The notes under the pieces are model-generated. The model had not been told where the DNA came from and searched no databases. It saw only the letters and a list, made by a program, of their open reading frames with translations. From contig CATNEN010000038.1 of NCBI GenBank assembly GCA_950097015.1, positions 9,610,001-9,674,000 of the forward strand: DNA of 64,000 nt, written 5' to 3'. A program made the translations under genes and the position numbers. This DNA is from Macrostomum hystrix. Taxonomy: Eukaryota; Animalia; Platyhelminthes. Below, in pieces: positions 47,501 through 59,500 of this stretch. Position 1 is the stretch's first letter. Each line of letters begins with the position of its first letter.

Positions 47501-50500
47501 TCCATCATTCAAGGACGCGTCGATCTCGGCTGCGTGGCGATGAACCCGCTGAGCTCACGGGCGGAGGTCATCGACTTCACGGCCAGCTACCTGAGTTACA
47601 ACCTGTCGCTGCTCTATACAGAGTCGCAGTTAGACACCTGGCAGGAGATCTTCCTGTTCATCAGGCCCTACGATAAGTACGCATGGCTTGGCATCTTCGG
47701 AGCCGCATTTGTAGTGGCCCTCCTGCTGACGGCGCTTCATTGCGCCAGCCCGAATCGAGCGAAATTCGACCTGCTCCACAGCCTCCACTTCGCCTTCGCT
47801 TCGCTGTGGCGCGGGCCCCGTGAGGCTCGGCTGCCGAACAAGCCGGCGACGCAAGTCCTGGTGGCAGCCTTCTGGTTGTTCTCCCTGGCGGTTCTGGTGT
47901 TCTACGCGGCTGGCCTGGCTGCGCTGCTCACTTTGAAGCGCATACAGGTGAGCAGCTGATCGAATCAGATGTACTTTTACGAGACTACTTATGAATCGAT
48001 ATATCTAATAGCTAAAAGTATTATTTATCACCCTAAGCCAATTCTAGCGTGATAGAAAGTGAAATTTAGATCGAGAGAGGTCGTGAGTTCGAATTTCCCG
48101 GATCTAGAACTTTTTTCTAGTCTCAAAGTGACTAAATTTATACCATATGTGGAGCCATTAATGCACTAATGCATTAATTGGTATTTAGAAACGCAAAATT
48201 AGGATAATGATTCTAATAAGACATCACGCCATGTATCTGCTCATTAAATAAGCATCAAAATGAGCATGAACAATAGGAATCGTTATTACTCGTACAAACG
48301 AATTAATTAATAATATTGGTTTTAGCCTTGTGGCTAAAGCGTCGGGGGTTCGATTCCCGACTCCACTGGAGCAATTTGTGCCCTATTAAACATGAAACTT
48401 AACTCTGCGTTGCTTCAGTTCACTCAGCTGGAAAATGGGTGCCAGCATTATCTGGGATAATTGAAGGTGGGTGTGGCGTCCCCCCAGTCCAGGGACTGAA
48501 CAGCCCTTCGGCTGCACGTCCGACCCAATTGTGGCAGGTGTAATCTGTAATTATAATACGACTTTAAAAAGGCAATTAATATTATGAATAGCTGAAAGGG
48601 GCAGAAATACTGTTAGCTTTTTAATTTCGAGATAAAAAAAATTTATCAAGGTCCCTGAGCTCGATTCCACGTCAAGGCCACATTCATTTGGGGCGCAGTC
48701 GCAGAGAGAAGACTTGGGTGCTTGTCGTGCAATTTCCGCCCTTGAAGGCCAACCTTCAAAACACAGTGATAAAGTCAGGGCAGATGTACACACCTGTGTG
48801 AGCGTGTGCCTGCGTACGGTATCTGTGTGGGTGTTTGCCCAGGAGTCAGCGAAATGGGCAGAATTGCCTCCACGCTGGCTGCGTTTAGTGTCAACCAAAA
48901 TGATGTACCTTGGAAACAATAAATTAAAAAATTAAGGATATTTGCTGTTTGCACCTGTTGTTTATGATTTTTGTCGGCTGAGTCGGCTGTGTAGTGGCCG
49001 AGAAATCGCGAATGAAATGAAAAAGCAATGACAGTTCAATATGTCTTATTATTATTCGGCCCCGTTGTGCAGTAGAGTTGTATTTTTTAATCCCTATATT
49101 TAACTATCAATAAATATTTCGCATTTCGTCTCGTCACGCTTGTACGTAGTTGACATCACCTTAATAATCCCCTACCCAGGTGGATCTGAGCACTCTGCAG
49201 AACCTGCCCCAGCAGACCAACTATCGCTACGGCACCCTCGGAGACTCGTCATTTTCAATCGTGTTCCGCAACTCGTCATTCCTGTACATGCGCAGCATCT
49301 ACTCCACCATGGCTACTCAGCGCTGGCTAGTGAGGTCAGCAGCTCAGGGCATCGACCAGGTGAAGGCCGGGGGCTTCGCCCTCGTCTACGACACGCCCAT
49401 GAATGAGTACTTCCAGCAGCAGATTTGCAACGCGCAAATATCAGCCTACTTTCAGTACTACGAAGTGGCTTTCGCCGCGCCAAGGCTGTCCGAGCTGACA
49501 AATCTGGTGTCGGACGAGATAATGGGCCTGAAGGCGTCTGGCGAGGAGAACAAGATCTATACAAAGTAAGCCCAGAATTGCCTGAAACGTGCGTGAAAAT
49601 AATCTAAATGACCCCTAATCCAGTTGGGACAGTTGCACAGCTAATGATGTACAGCAAAACGTTTCACAATTAACTAGGATAGAAATTCGAAGCGTCCTAC
49701 AATAGCTTCGGTAGTGCCACTGGCTGTACACCTGGTCCAACTGGGTTATGTGTCTACGTAATGAATATTAAGGATATTAAGAACTTCCTTTTTAACCTGT
49801 TTAAACCATATTTTTATCGATTTTTAGGTTAGCGAAATAAAAAAAGCAGTTTTAGAATAATTATTAGTATTTTAACGTGTTTTTAAACATATTATTTATT
49901 GTTATAATTGCCGAATTTTCCGGCTGTTTATATTACTTAAACAGTTTAAAACGTTTAACTAAAATTCGATAATCATCGCATCTTATAATGAATAACGTAA
50001 TGATATCTAACGAGGTTATTTTAGTTAAGCAAGTGGCTAATGAATTTTTCATACTTTAATAAAAAGAAATTCAGTTCTAGTTTACACATTTTTCTTAATC
50101 TTTTCTTTGGAGAAATATATACTTTTGATCACTTTACTAGCTCCGAACCCGAATGGAAGAGAATCAAAAAAAAATTATTCTCTTAAAAAATGTCTCACAA
50201 AAAAAATAAATTACTGCGCAAATTTTAAAATGCTGTTAATTAATTAACCACCGCAGATACTTCACCGTGAATCCGGCTGACAGACCTGACTGCCGCACAG
50301 GCAGCTCATGGATCGCCAGTCTGATACCGAATGAGCCGGCATTTCTAGCGCCAATGAAGGGCGCCCTGACTCTGCTGAACACTCTCGGCATCTTCCTGGT
50401 CAATCTGGCTGGCTGCGCCCTGGCGGTGCTTGCCGCCGTGCTGGAGCGCCTCTGGGCCAACCTGCTCTATCGCTACCGCCGCCTGAGGGCTGCCGAGGAG

Positions 50501-50584
50501 GTCCTGTACGGAGCTCGTCGGAGGCGTCGGCGCAGCACCTTGGCAACAGTGCTGACCAGCATCTACAGCACTTCTGAGGCCTAA
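35571..50584 (+). CDS. Divergent ionotropic glutamate receptor / IR-like channel 2, paralog of 10862-19535; exons 35571-35682, 36812-36976, 37695-38251, 38412-38597, about 38849-39016, 42524-42643, 45145-45261, 47420-47947, 49180-49565, 50257-50584
   Basis: Signal peptide [18 protein letters not shown]; LEGFSYDLC; [18 protein letters not shown]; M1 [11 protein letters not shown]; pore [12 protein letters not shown]; M3 [21 protein letters not shown]; M4 LTLLNTLGI. Intron positions and phases match gene 1, plus two extra introns. The exon 5 acceptor is uncertain. Confidence 0.88.
35740..36730 (+). repeat. 20-bp minisatellite CTCTCACAATCCCCCATTCA (intron 1)
   Basis: About 50 tandem units. Confidence 0.95.
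37050..37632 (+). repeat. 19-bp minisatellite CCTGCTGGACAGATTCCAG (intron 2)
   Basis: About 30 units. Confidence 0.93.
38605..38825 (+). repeat. 14-bp minisatellite CACAACACAAGCCT (intron 4)
   Basis: About 15 units filling nearly the whole intron. Confidence 0.92.
39045..39390 (+). repeat. 20-bp minisatellite ACTGTAACCTCTGACACCCA (intron 5)
   Basis: About 17 units. Confidence 0.92.
39795..42475 (+). repeat. 12-bp satellite TCACTCCATCTK with higher-order blocks (intron 5)
   Basis: More than 200 units; a variant marker recurs at 719, 719 and 359 bp spacing. Confidence 0.95.
42705..44800 (+). repeat. 13-bp satellite AATGTGTCTTCCT (intron 6)
   Basis: About 155 units. Confidence 0.95.
45330..47358 (+). 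repeat. 17/18-bp satellite GCCAGTTCCCCTCAGGA(A) (intron 7)
   Basis: About 110 units. Confidence 0.95.
48325..48912 (+). mobile_element. Tandem SINE family B (48325-48552) and family A (48648-48912) copies in intron 8
   Basis: B box ggttcgattcccg with CORE-like gcttcagttcactcagctggaaaatggg; then the family A body aggagtcagcgaaatgggcagaattgcc. Confidence 0.8.
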
Positions 50585-51637
50585 AGCATTGCCTGCGTAC
50601 AGTATGTTAGCAGCTGTAAACACTCCTGTTTCCTGGAAAACTTTTCATTGCCTGTTTTAATCGCCAAATTGATAGGCAACAACTTTTATTAAGAAAATGT
50701 TTCTCTATTTACTTGCTTCCCTAGAACTTCTCGTCATCTTTTCCTAGAAAAATTGGGCTGATTAATTGGGCCGATGAAAGAGACTTTTCCTACCGAACCC
50801 CATACCTACCTACTCGCTATCCACTCTGCCACTCACACTTAGGCAATCACTGTACAAAACTAACAGATAAAATGCCGTTGCACAATATATCTAGCCTTGT
50901 CGGTATCTATAAGTCAATGCTGTCTAGAACAGAGCTTAAGTGAACTCCTTGCAAGCATTGAAAGTAAGGACTAGTAGCCAAGATACAGAGAGATAAAAAT
51001 CACAGTTCAGTTGGTCCACATGTACAGCCAGTGTTGGTACTTCAGCAGGTGTTAATGGTATATGGAATGATAGGCCGACACACCTACCTAAATTTCTATC
51101 CTAGCTTGAAGACTTTTTTCCAGTTTAAAAACTGGATGAATTTACTGCTTAACTTAGAACCAAAAGGCTAAATAATAAATTGAATACATGCTCTTCATGT
51201 TGGCAATTCATCAATCAGTACATATCATATCAGTACATATGGTTCCTCTCTCGTTTCTGTTTTAAAGTTACGAATTACGAAATAACTGTAATTTTTCATT
51301 GAAAGTGTAAATAATATATTATTCGTTTTTCTGTGTGTAATTATATGGAATAAAAATTTGTTATACGCTCGTACAAAAACATCAAACTGAATTTCTTAGA
51401 AAAGCCAATTATAACAAACGATTCGAAAAAACATGTACTATTTCATTGAATAGTTCAGAAGCAGTGAAAATTAGGTGCTGAATCAGATGAAAGCTCAGTA
51501 CTAGATTTATATCATTACGAATATGGTATATTCGAAATATCTATTAGCAATGAAATCGAGGGTTACCAGATCGTTCCACGATGCACGGAGCAATGAACCC
51601 GGACTGTCATAGTCAAGCCTGCTTCACCAGCAGAGAA

Positions 51638-53065
51638 TCAATGCTTCATCCTGCGGTCCCACACCAGCCTCGCTGCGGCTGCGTCCTCGATGCCGAGTCC
51701 GAGCGACTTGAAGACGCTGAGACCGCCGCAGCCGCTTCTGACGTCGCGGAATCGATCTGGGTCAGCGATCAGCTCGCCAAGCTCGGCGTGCACCGTCGCC
51801 TTGTTAAGGATGACGTCGCCTGACTCGCTGGCCGCTGACTCTCGGCTGTCGACAACAAGAAATGCCGATGACGTCACTGACTCGTGCAGCTCTCGCTCGG
51901 TTGGACGACAGGCGCCAACGGCGTTCACGTGACACCGTGGCGGCAGCCAATCAGCTTGGAGCACGGGATCACGTGACGACGTCACGGTGCACACGATATC
52001 CGCATTGGCCACCGCAGTTTTGGCAGATTCGCAGTCTTCAAGCTGTCAAAAAGTCATGCTTTGACTAAAAATACCAAACTTTTCTGTCAGATATTGATCT
52101 AAGCTAAATTATTATTAAAACTGATACTAAACTAATAATATACTAAACTAATACTATACTAAACTAATACTAAACTAATTATTAAAATTATTATACTCGT
52201 AATCGATTTCACCTGCCCTAATCGGCCTAGATTTGCAGCCAACAGCAAAGACGGTGCATCAGTACAGAAGACTGCGTACGACTGTTAAGTGCCTAAAACC
52301 TACCTGACTGGCACTTAAAAACATGCACTGATCAATGCTTGAATTAATAATAATAATAATTGTGGTCAATCGACAATGTTAGCGTTGACAAATTAAAGCT
52401 GACGCCGACAAACCTTCATGACGTCGTGCTTGAAGCGAGCCGACTGCAGGATTCGATCTAGCAGAGCTGCCCGCTTGTCGGCACTTCGGCTGTGCACTCG
52501 AACGCACTCGATGGGGAAGATCGCAGCCAAGGCCTCGAAGTGGCTGAAGGCCTGCGCACCTGAGCCAAGCAGGGCGAGGGTTCGACTCTGCGGACTGGCC
52601 AGGTGTCTGGAAGGGGGCAGGGTATCATAATGAACATCTCAGTCCATTAGTGCGGCCAAGTCTACTGAAAATGCGTCACCTGGAAGCTACAGCGCTAGCA
52701 GCCGCCGTGCGCATGCAGGTCATCTCCTCGGCGTCCATCAGCGCCTGCAGACTGCCGGTCTCCGGGTCGAACAGCGTCACAACTCCCTGGTGGCTGGGCA
52801 GGTCGCGGTTGCCGGGGAACACGGTGACCAGCTTGCAGGTGAGGGCCGAGTCGGGCCCGCTGTAGCAGGGCATTGTGAACAGGGTGCCGCTATCGCCTGA
52901 GGCCACCTTGGTGCGCAGCGGCTGGCAGAACTCGGACTTCTTGGTCGAGTAGGTGACCAGGGACCGCTCCACAACGGGTATCAGATCCTCGTACGTGAGC
53001 AGCGAAAGAATTTCGTTGCCCGATATGAACGGCGGCCCGCTGTGTCCGTGCTTTGATGCTTCCAT
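51638..53065 (-). CDS. CRYM: Mu-crystallin / ketimine reductase (ornithine cyclodeaminase family); exons 53065-52680, 52606-52414, 52042-51638
   Basis: CKLVTVFPGN..LPSHQG, TCMRTAAASAVA, Rossmann motif LLGSGAQA, ADIVCTVT, HVNAVGA, VFKSLGLGIED; GT-AG introns in phases 2 and 0. Confidence 0.93.
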
Positions 53066-55246
53066 TTCAGCTGAAGTTTTTAAACTTCAAAATAAAACTT
53101 TTTATTAAAATAATTTTGTCCCTGAAGGCGCATCTGAAGGCTTTGAACTGCTGTTTGGTCCATGGACTGGGGAGACGACCCACCCACCCTAAATTACACA
53201 AGCTAATGTTTGTTATAGTGCCATAGAATCTGATTATTTCTTCTGTTATTATTTACACCTTCGGTTAAATAACTGAAGATTTAAAGAACTGAAATCGAAT
53301 ACAATTAATTATAAACATAAGAAAAACAAGTATATTAATATTAATAAGATAAAGAATCAGAAAAATGTGATTATTAAAAAAGTAAACAATATTATAATTA
53401 AAGCTAGCAATTTAATAAAAATTGAGATGCAGCTAATAGTCACTAAAATAATTACATTGAAGAGCATCCTAAAAAAACAATAGCTATATGTACAATAAGC
53501 TACGATATGCAGTAAAAAAGTTATATATAAGTTCGACATTTTATGTGATTATTTCTCCTCTCTGAAGCTTTATTCTCCTAACAATTTCAATTGTTTAAAT
53601 TTATAATAAATATTCGATTCAGTATAGATTAGTTTGACTACGCTGTGGTAGAATATATGGAATAATATAGATATATAAATGGCTTTAATAAATGCTTAAT
53701 AATTATTAAATGAATATAAACGTCACAACAGTTGATTGAATAGGCGATCTATCACATGTTTAAAAAGCTGTGATGAAGGTTTTCGTGAGCGATATAACTA
53801 CCTGTAGATTTAAATATCGTCGAAGTTTAATTAAAGAAATTCTAAAAATGGTTTACATTTGTGAAACTGTAAATGATAATAATTATGAGTTAAGAATCAG
53901 AGTTTGAAAAACGCAACTTTTTATACTAGGCTCACGTGGTGAGATTCTCCACCGATTCTCAGGCAATTGAGTACGTTGTTTGTAATCGAATCGGCCAAAA
54001 ATTGATAAGGTAAAATAGTTCAACCGCGTCGTGAGTTTACGAGTAATGGAGAACGCGAAAGCCAGTTGTAACCAGTACAAACTAGTAATTTAACCCACAT
54101 GCGGTCGTTTATCTGCGTTTTTTAAATAGTGCATTAATAGAGGTGTGTGGTACATTGCTGCACTCATTGACTGCCAATTGTGACGCGCAAATGAAGTATA
54201 TCATGTACCGATGTACATAACATTTACAAGGACTACCCTAGGAGTAGAAGTGTCATATACTCCTATAAAGGCGTCATTGAACATGCTTAATAATTGCAGT
54301 GCAGTATATTGCTGAACTGCAGTCATATCTGATCAGCAGTAATCGCTGATCGTTGCTATAATATATTGTAATTATAAGCGGCCCTCGATCGATCAGCAGA
54401 GGTCAGTGCAGCGCTTGAGTCACAGCTTGAGTTCGCTATACAGTCGAGTTAAATTATTTGCAGTGTCACAAAGAGCACTGGGGCTTTTGGCTAATTTCAT
54501 TTCTTACGTTCTAAACAATACGATCAGCATATATCCGACTCATTAAATTGTCAATCTCACGAAAATCCGCTTTATATATGGCATCAGATTTCATCAATGC
54601 CTATTGGCCGGGGGTGCAAAAAACTATAGCTATTAGCTACCTATATCGCGATAATGCATCGCGTTTGACCGTCTAAATGGGAATCATGGACTATAGACAT
54701 GTCAATCCCAGGTAGCAGACTCAGGCTGGTTAGAAATGCGCACAATGCACATTGAAGGCGGTGATTTAAATAAAAAAGTTCCAAACCGCAATTTAAGATA
54801 TTTATAGGATCTTCATACATCTCAGTGCTACTGGAATATTTAAAATATAAAAATAAACGTAGCTGCGCAGAACTTATAAAGAAGCCGCCGTAGTAAGAGA
54901 TTGGAGCAAGTGTCTGCGCGCTAGTGCTATGCAAAACAAACGTAAGGTCTAAAATTCGTTGAAGCAACACGTTTCGCAAGATATATGAAAATAACAGCAT
55001 TGGATCTGCTTCCAAAAAAAGTATAAACATTTTTATAATAAAAAAAAATTTAAATTTCTTATCTCGCAAGTGCAAGTGATAATCTGCCTCAAATAATTTT
55101 TCAACGAAAGGAAGTTTCCCATCCTTCTGTTCTAAGTGGACATTACAATTATTCAAGCAATAAATTCATGATAAACAATTTGGACTACTTATGTATTTAT
55201 GAATTTAAAGGCGGAAGGGTTATATCTTTAATAAACAGAGGAAAAG

Positions 55247-55448
55247 ATGCCTCTGTGGACCCACAGCTTGTCTGCACGATCAGGTGCTTCGGCAAGCGGA
55301 CGACGAGGCTGATTCGTCATCAGCACGAATATGACACTCATATCAAACTAAATCTGCGACGTACCGATCGATGCTTGCCCCGAATCAGCCTCGTCGTCCG
55401 TTTGCCGAAGCACCTGAGTGCAGACAAGCTGCGGTTCCACAGAGGCAT
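55247..55448. mobile_element. 202-bp MITE-like inverted repeat with about 70-bp arms
   Basis: atgcctctgtgga..cagcttgtctgcac..tcaggtgcttcggcaagcggacgacgaggctgattcg is mirrored at 55381-55448 with few mismatches. Confidence 0.8.
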
Positions 55449-56582
55449 GATAAGAGATGAAATGACACAAAACGTATGTATGCGAGGCAGAGAAATATTG
55501 AATATGAATAATTAATTAGGAAAAAGTATTACTAATATTTACTGTTCAGTTGTTATTTGAGAAGAGAAATTTTTAAAACATAGGTACGTATATTTTGTTT
55601 TAATTTACTGACTGAATCTTGTCTGAATTTAAGTTGTACCTTTAATGTATTTTTAGATTTGTTGATGCTTGATTGGAAAGTACACGCGCCATCCTGTGTA
55701 CCAATACGATATATGACGCTAATTTCCTGACGCTAAGAAGCATGTACAAGATATTTCTCGTGCAGAATAAATGCCTTAATCATATATATATCAATTTTGA
55801 AAAGTGCAGATATAGATATATAGCATATTTCTTTTTCTTGCTGTAAATTACCCAATTTATAAAAAAATAGCTTGCCTTTCCACTTTAACTTTGTGCAGAT
55901 GTAAACTTAAAGTCAAAAGAGCTTCTTGCCTACTTTGGGTGTTATAATTAAGTATTTACTTATACGAACCTTATCCTAACATTAGAAAAGCCACTAGGTT
56001 TCTTAAACAAAGCATACAACTTAATTAGGGTACATCTTCAGCGTTTTTTGTCATTAGACTTTAGAAAACGTGTTTTTTGTGTACTCTACATTATAAACGA
56101 TCATCGTATTTTACCTATCCTACTGCTTTTAATATTATTTTGATAAAAATATGTGATTTTTTATTATTTTAACTTAACTTTTTACCTATGATTAGAATAT
56201 GTGTTTCATAATAATGTAATGTAGTACAACAGAAATTTTCACAGTTCGCTATACAGATCGCTATATTACGCTATATTAAGCATTTTTGCATCATTATATT
56301 TTTGTTTTTATTTGTAGCTTATTTTCTTAATAAGTTCACTTAAAATTTTTTTGCTAGATTTTCAGAGAACACAACGAAAAACACATGAAATGATTTTAAT
56401 TTATTTTATTTTTACCACATCTCAATCTCAAAGGTTTTAAGTAATTAAAAATGAAACTTTCTTATGCAGCTAAGAGGCAAAGAGTCTTTACATTTTTCTG
56501 CCAAGCCCTGATGGTGTAAGCTGTTTTAAGTTGGCTACACATAGCTTGGCTGGAGTTGCAATCTGTTAAAAGTGCATAAAAC

Positions 56583-59500
56583 ATGTCGGAGCTGACCAAA
56601 TTTGATGATGAGGAGCTGCGCCTGCTGCCACTGCCCGCCTCCTGCCGCCTGCTGGCTGCGGAATCCCTGCTGCATGTTGGCCGCCTGGCCGATGGTCGAA
56701 TCATCGCCTGCACCGACTACCGCTTGCTGCTGCTGCTGCTGACATCCGAGGTCAGGCTTGAGCCGGTGTTTGTCCAGCCTCTGGGCTGCATCACTCGCCT
56801 GACCATTGGGCCGGAAGTCGCCCAGCTGCGGTTGAGCTTCACCCTGCTGGCTGCTCCATTAAGCCTGCAGTTCCGCGGCGCGGCCGAGGCGGCCATCTGG
56901 GCGGAGCAGCTGGACCCGGCCAGGCCCGCATCCCGGCTGCTGCGTCGCAGGCGACAGTCCGCAGCCTCTAGCCTGCTGACGGCGCTAATCGGCGTAGGCG
57001 ACGACGACACCCTGACTCTCCTAGCTGGCGACGATGATGCCGAACTCGAGTCTGGGGAAATGAAACGACTGGGAATGACGGAGCTGACTGGTTGGCGGCT
57101 CAGCGAAGCCAATCAGGGCTACTCGTTGTGCGCCAGCTACGCCAGGTGGGTGGGCTGTGCAAGCTCAGGGGTGAGATTTCCATGCCCCAGACTGTCAAGG
57201 GTGAGATTTCCATGCCCCAGACTGTCAAGGGTGAGATTTCCATGCCCCAGACTGTCATGGGTGAGATTTCCATGCCCCAGACTGTCATGGGTGAGATTTC
57301 CATGCCCCAGACTGTCAAGGGTGAGATTTCCATGCCCCAGACTGTCATGGGTGAGATTTCCATGCCCCAGACTGTCAAGGGTGAGATTTCCATGCCCCAG
57401 ACTGTCAAGGGTGAGATTTCCATGCCCCAGACTGTCATTGGTGAGAATGTGAGATTTCCGTATCTGAGACTGTTGGAGGTGAGATTTCCGTATCTGATTA
57501 ATTGCTTCTCATGTACACACAGGTTTCACGTGGTGCCTCGCGACCTGACAGACGATGAACTTTTGGCCTCCAGCAAATTTCGTTCTCGCGGACGCTTCCC
57601 CAGCGTTGTTTGGCGTTGCCATGCCAACGGAGCGGCCCTGGCGCGCTCGGGCCAGCCGCTAGTTGGCCTGTTTGGCTGGCGATGTGAGGCTGATGAAAAA
57701 CTTCTGGCACTGCTTGGCGGCTGCGGTAAATTGCTGATTGCCGATGCCAGGACCTACAGGTGAGTGGCTTGGATTCAAGTATGACCACTAACTTGTATGA
57801 CCACTGACCTGTATAAGGTACACTGACCTGTATAACCACTGACATGTATTACTACTGAACTGTATGATCACTGACCTGTATGTCCACTGACCTGTATGAC
57901 CACTTACCTGTATGACCACTTACCTGTATGACCACTGACCTGTATGACCACTGACCTGTATGACCACTTACCTGTATGACCACTGACCTGTATGACCACT
58001 GACCTGTATGACCACTGACCTGTATGACCACTTACCTGTATGACCACTGACCTGGATGACCACTGACCTGTATGACCACTGACCTGTATGACCACTGACC
58101 TGGATGACCACTGACCTGTATGACCACTTACCTGTATGACCACTGACCTGTATGACTACTGAAATGTATGACCACTGACCTGTATGACCACTGACCTGGA
58201 TGACCACTGACCTGTATGACCACTTACCTGTATGACCACTGACCTGTATGACCACTTACCTGTATGACCACTGACCTGGATGACCACTGACCTGTATGAC
58301 CACTGACCTGTATGACCACTTACCTGTATGACCACTGACCTGGATGACCACTGACCTGTATGACCACTGACCTGTATGACCACTGACCTGTATGACCACT
58401 TACCTGTATGACCACTGACCTGGATGACCACTGACCTGTATGACCACTGACCTGTATGACCACTGACCTGGATGACCACTGACCTGTATGACCACTTACC
58501 TGTATGACCACTGACCTGTATGACTACTGAAATGTATGACCACTGACCTGTATGACCACTGACCTGGATGACCACTGACCTGTATGACCACTTACCTGTA
58601 TGACCACTGACCTGTATGACCACTTACCTGTATGACCACTGACCTGGATGACCACTGACCTGTATGACCACTGACCTGTATGACCACTTACCTGTATGAC
58701 CACTGACCTGGATGACCACTGACCTGTATGACCACTGACCTGGATGACCACTGACCTGTATGACCACTTACCTGTATGACCACTGACCTGTATGACTACT
58801 GAAATGTATGACCACTGACCTGTATGACCACTGACCTGGATGACCACTGACCTGTATGACCACTGACCTGTATGACCACTGACCTGTATGACCACTGACC
58901 TGTATGACTACTGAAATGTATGACCACTGAAATTTATCATTCTGATCTTAATGACCATTTTACTAAATGACTTCTAGCAGTAGCATAAATTACCAAAAAT
59001 CTTCTTTGTCTCAGAACCTGTATGATATTGAAGACGTGATTTCTCAAAGACGTGTTTTATCACCGCTATTACACAAATTCGTTTTAGCGCTAACTGAATC
59101 ATTTTCGTCTGCTAATTTTTTTCAGTTAGAAAATGTCAGCAAGAAAACACAAGTGCAATCTGAAGAGTGTGTGTGTAGGACCGTTTTATCAGCGCAGACT
59201 TTCTGCCTGTTGCCTATGAGTCACGTGATAGCCAACAGGGTTTCTTAGGCTCGCGTGTTTTCTAGCAAAGCCAAGTTAATTTATTTTTAGAATGTAGATT
59301 ATGAAGTTCGTTGTAAACACTTTTAAGTCAAATCTGCTACCTTTGTGTTGACGCAAATGCTTTTACACTTTTAATATTATATATATTATACCTCTCCCGT
59401 GCCTTATCTCTCCCGTGTCTCATCTCTCCCGTGTCTCATATCTCCCCTGTCTCATCTCTCCCGTGTCTCATCTCTCCCGTGTCTCATCTCTCCCGTGTCT

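Noticed and set aside
5373-53065. Functional neural gene cluster (5-HT receptor, iGluR-like pair, NPF, CRYM)
   Set aside because: Mixed orientations with housekeeping genes interspersed; only the iGluR duplication is demonstrable.
57146-57452. In-frame extension of MTMR exon 1 by RVRFPCPRLS repeats through repeated GTGAGA donors
   Set aside because: The repeat donors are phase 0 while the next exon needs phase 2; read-through ends at a stop.
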